From Theionarchaea archaeon (lineage in GTDB: Archaea; Methanobacteriota_B; Thermococci; Methanofastidiosales; SZ-28-30), in contig JACVGT010000019.1 of NCBI GenBank assembly GCA_018992685.1, forward strand, positions 89,365 to 153,364: a stretch of 64,000 bases of DNA, read 5' to 3'. Under the pieces are notes generated by a model. It saw only the letters and a program-made list of their open reading frames with translations. It was not told where the DNA came from and did no database searches. The position numbers were made by a program, and so were the translations under genes. Below, one piece after another: positions 60,740 to 64,000 of this stretch (position 1 is the stretch's first letter; each line of letters starts with the position of its first letter).

Positions 60740-61575
60740 TGGGTCTAATTATGAACAAAGGCATCATATTGGCAGGAATTGCTGGAGTCTTATGGGGGAC
60801 CATTCCCATCGCTGTGAAACAGGTGTATGCTACTGGTTCTGCCACAGCTCTCGAGATGAGTTTCTTCAGGTTTGTGGTTGCTGCAGCACTTGTTGGTGGA
60901 CTGACCAGGGCAAGAAACCAGCCTGTTCTTCTCAAGAATAGGTGGTCTGTGCTCATGGGGTTCTGGGGAATCTTTTGGATGTCATTCATCAGTTTTTATG
61001 GCATCCAGTACACGTCCGCTGTTAATGCCACCATCCTGTTCAATTCCAATCCGTTAATGGTGGCGGTGCTGGTCATGGCGCTCCGGTGGGAAACGGTAAC
61101 TGCAAAGACAATTGGGGGAGTGATACTGGGAATTGTAGGAGTGTGTGCGGTTTCAGGGATGAGGGCTGACGTGCACATCCTTGGAGACGTCCTGGTTTTG
61201 GCAGGTGCCCTCGGATGGGCAGTGTACACGATCCTGGGCTACAAATTGAAAGCATATGCCAGTTTCACAGTGACGTCAAGCAGTTTCTTGTGGGGTCTTC
61301 CGTTCTTCGTGATATTCTTCAGAGAGATGCCAGCCATTTCGAATGTTGGTTGGCTGTGGATTCTCTATATTGGGTTGATACCTACTGCTTTTGCCTTTGC
61401 CTGCTATGTGAGAGCTGTAGACCTGATAGGATCAACTCATGCAGCCGTGTTTCAATACCTGGCCCCTGTGGTGGCGGTAATCATATCCGTTGGGTGTGGA
61501 CTGGAGCAAGTGACCCTTCTTCAGGTGGCTGGCGTCGTCATGATAATTGGAGGAATAGAGCTGGTCAGGAAGTAG
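60739..61575 (+). CDS. EamA/DMT transporter
   Basis: 10 TM helices in two EamA repeats (WG, FFRF, YT.A.NA, GD, WA.Y). Confidence 0.9.
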   Translation: MGLIMNKGIILAGIAGVLWGTIPIAVKQVYATGSATALEMSFFRFVVAAALVGGLTRARNQPVLLKNRWSVLMGFWGIFWMSFISFYGIQYTSAVNATILFNSNPLMVAVLVMALRWETVTAKTIGGVILGIVGVCAVSGMRADVHILGDVLVLAGALGWAVYTILGYKLKAYASFTVTSSSFLWGLPFFVIFFREMPAISNVGWLWILYIGLIPTAFAFACYVRAVDLIGSTHAAVFQYLAPVVAVIISVGCGLEQVTLLQVAGVVMIIGGIELVRK

Positions 61576-61639
61576 GGGGGACTGAAGACAGTTCCAGGAA
61601 TCCCTATCTCAAAGTCTTCAGGAGAAGGGTTTACGCAGC

Positions 61640-63799
61640 TCAGGAAGGCTGCCACTCATCTGCTCTTTCCTCTACAGGCGAATTAAGGTTTTCCTGAGGT
61701 GTCCTGTGTATTTTGAAGACCTTGACTGTGCCAAAATCAGCTACTTCCTCAAAATAGTGCAGTCCGCCTCCATTGAAAAAGAACAATTGTACCATCATGG
61801 TATCCATGGCATCAGAGGGGATCAAGATAGCCAATGAATCTGAACCAAACCAGACAACACCCAGGGTGCCATTCACTCGTGTCAGAAAATATGTAGTTCC
61901 ATTCGCCGCATACACCGTCCCCTGGGTAGACACCAGAGACTGTCCTTCCAGGATGTAGCTATGATACTCCCCCTGAGTCTCGAATATCATAATGTTCCCG
62001 ACTGCAGTGGAATACAGGTGTTCTGTGACCTGAGGCCTCAAAACAGTTCCCACCGGAAAAGCTCCATAGAGGTAGGTAGCCTCACCTTCTCCCGTGACGT
62101 AATCCCATGTCCCAAGGTAGGAGACCACATCAAACAGCATCGCTGTCCTGGAATCCAGGACCAAATACGCATCCTGTCCCTCTACAGCGAAAGGACCCAT
62201 TTCCGCTTCTAGCAATTCCAATCCCTTCTCCCCCGGAGGATACGGCCGCACCCGTCTTGCCTCATCAACACTGTCAAACCCATACACTTCCTGGACTGCA
62301 ATCTTCTCAGTGTTCGTATTCAGGATCGTCCCGAATTTGAGCAGCCTCCAGTAGATATCATAGTGCCCGCCGTTCATCACTGACCTTCGTTCCGCAATGG
62401 ACTCTATCCAGTATCCATACTCCCAGTCCGATATCACCACACTCCCAGTGGGGGTATTCTCTCGTATCCACAGGAGCGCATCCCACCAATCATCACTCAT
62501 TTCACTTGCAGCTGTACCTGCCCCTCGAGCTGTGACGCACACCGGGACCATCAGGGCTACCATCAGGCACACGGCCACCAACTTCCTTCCTGGAGACCCC
62601 TTTGCAATGAAGTCCCATATTCCTGACAGCGCAACTCCTGAGACAATGAGCACAGGTATCATCAGGATCAAGAGGAATCTCACACCTGAAAGGGACATCA
62701 AAATCGCTCCTGCAAGATAAAGACTTATAAATAGGAACCTGTTGAGTGAATTCTTCTGCTTCAGCAGAACATACAAGCCAACAGGGGCCAGGAATAGTCC
62801 AACAGTGAAGTATTCAAGAAGATATTCCAGAGTAACAGGCTGCCTCTGGGAAATGAATGGTCCAATATTTGGATAGAGTGCACCTCTTGTTTCCGAGACA
62901 GGTTGCGAAAGGCTGAGACTACCGGCAGCCCTGGACAGAAATTCCTCCCGGTAGAGTATGATCAGAAGAACACTCAAGACCCCGAGAATCACAACACGTT
63001 GTCGACCGGGGTACTTGAACGTCGCAAGGAGTAAGAGAGCAGCTACCCCCAGGATGGCACCCTCGATAAAGAAGTGGGAATAAAGACTGTGAGGCAGTGC
63101 GAAAGAGAGAAGTAGTAGACTGACAGGGATCAGATTGACAGGTTCTTTCTTGAGGAATTTGATGAGTATTACGATGAAAGAGGCTCCTCCCAGTAGAAGC
63201 AACAGGTGCCAGTATCCCACCCAGGTCAATTCAAAGAGGAACAGGGACACCCCTGCAAGAACAGCATATGTAGACTTCCACGGATCTGAAAAAGCCTTCA
63301 CCCACAAATAGGTTGAAAGAAGAGAGAAAACAAGGATGAATCCGTCAGTATCTGCAAATCCCATCAAGGTCCTCGTGACTGAATATGCAGTTAATCCAAA
63401 TAAGAGAGCACAGAAAAGGCCCCCTTTGGTGTTGGAGAATTCCTTCCCCACGAGAAAAGCCAGAATAACAAATAAGATCACCGGAATAACTATGGAATAG
63501 CTGCACCACGACAAGAGGTTATGGTTGGTAACCCACCCAAAGAGACGGAATGAATAGGCGAGGAAGTAGGGAAATAAGGGAGGATGTTTGTTACCGGGCT
63601 GGCCAGTGGGCCAGGAGGCCATGTAGTCCCACTCTGGTCTGTGTTCCTCTTCCACAATGGTTCCTGCCATGCGATAATAGTAATAAGGATCATAGCGGAG
63701 GAGACGATTGCTGTCTTCTAGAACGTAGTCAGCTCTCACCACCACGGAAATCCCTATGATAACAATAAGCAGGATGATCGCTTTCTGATTCTCAGACAA
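61640..63799 (-). CDS. AglB/STT3-family oligosaccharyltransferase paralogue (atypical motifs)
   Basis: DPYYYYR, GFADTD, about 13 TM helices, W.DAL.WIRENT..S.V.SDWEYGYWI; TTG start after AGGTG. Confidence 0.85.
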   Translation of the reverse strand: MSENQKAIILLIVIIGISVVVRADYVLEDSNRLLRYDPYYYYRMAGTIVEEEHRPEWDYMASWPTGQPGNKHPPLFPYFLAYSFRLFGWVTNHNLLSWCSYSIVIPVILFVILAFLVGKEFSNTKGGLFCALLFGLTAYSVTRTLMGFADTDGFILVFSLLSTYLWVKAFSDPWKSTYAVLAGVSLFLFELTWVGYWHLLLLLGGASFIVILIKFLKKEPVNLIPVSLLLLSFALPHSLYSHFFIEGAILGVAALLLLATFKYPGRQRVVILGVLSVLLIILYREEFLSRAAGSLSLSQPVSETRGALYPNIGPFISQRQPVTLEYLLEYFTVGLFLAPVGLYVLLKQKNSLNRFLFISLYLAGAILMSLSGVRFLLILMIPVLIVSGVALSGIWDFIAKGSPGRKLVAVCLMVALMVPVCVTARGAGTAASEMSDDWWDALLWIRENTPTGSVVISDWEYGYWIESIAERRSVMNGGHYDIYWRLLKFGTILNTNTEKIAVQEVYGFDSVDEARRVRPYPPGEKGLELLEAEMGPFAVEGQDAYLVLDSRTAMLFDVVSYLGTWDYVTGEGEATYLYGAFPVGTVLRPQVTEHLYSTAVGNIMIFETQGEYHSYILEGQSLVSTQGTVYAANGTTYFLTRVNGTLGVVWFGSDSLAILIPSDAMDTMMVQLFFFNGGGLHYFEEVADFGTVKVFKIHRTPQENLNSPVEERADEWQPS

Positions 63800-63963
63800 G
63801 GCAACACCTGTATTGATGGTTTGATACCACTATTTAAAGATTACGGGTGGGGGGGTTTTGGGACGAAAATAGCTAAATAGCTTTTAAGCCTAAGGGAAGC
63901 AGCTTGCCTTTTCGGTTCCTTTTCTCATGCTCAGGAGAGGTCTTCACTGTTTTAGAGGAGTTT

Positions 63964-64000
63964 TCATCTCGCTTCCTCTTTGAACTGCACGTATTCTTCC
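63964..64000 (-). CDS. Possible 3' end of a gene entering from beyond the window
   Basis: Reverse strand reads EEYVQFKEEAR-TGA. Confidence 0.35.
   Translation of the reverse strand, partial: EEYVQFKEEAR

Noticed and set aside
1-64000. Genome-wide TAG recoding
   Set aside because: Many intact genes end at TAG at the expected length, some directly followed by the next start (e.g. 24788, 49393); no pyl genes are in the window

Overview
Archaeal chromosomal segment. Archaeal markers include aIF-5A, deoxyhypusine synthase, Trm1, an AglB/STT3 paralogue, ATP-dependent ligase, archaemetzincin, DacZ and a tRNA with a BHB intron. The Mbh-type hydrogenase and Thermococcales-like S-layer domains suggest a Thermococci-related lineage such as Theionarchaea (inference). 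About 60 CDSs and 3 tRNAs (Asn-GTT, Arg-TCT with intron, Gln-CTG). The most striking feature is a tightly coupled 15-gene operon (23433->14292). It starts with a CooF-like 4x[4Fe-4S] protein and a shrunken 392-aa CooS/CODH-like protein, followed by a complete Mrp-Mbh group 4 [NiFe] hydrogenase. The CODH-like protein keeps the B-cluster but appears to have lost the D-cluster, two C-cluster ligands and the catalytic His/Lys, so it may be a non-canonical electron-input module. Other notable items: an orphan Rhs toxin tip with a candidate immunity gene that truncates the aconitase X small subunit; an AglB paralogue with altered TIXE/WWD/DK motifs; dacZ-mscS followed by a surface NPP-type phosphodiesterase; a BlaI/M56 pair facing a MacB-type ABC and S-layer operon; and two adjacent single-lesion genes (C8 frameshift in asparagine synthetase, in-frame TAG in a glycoside hydrolase-like gene). 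All assignments come from motif recognition by eye; no searches were run.
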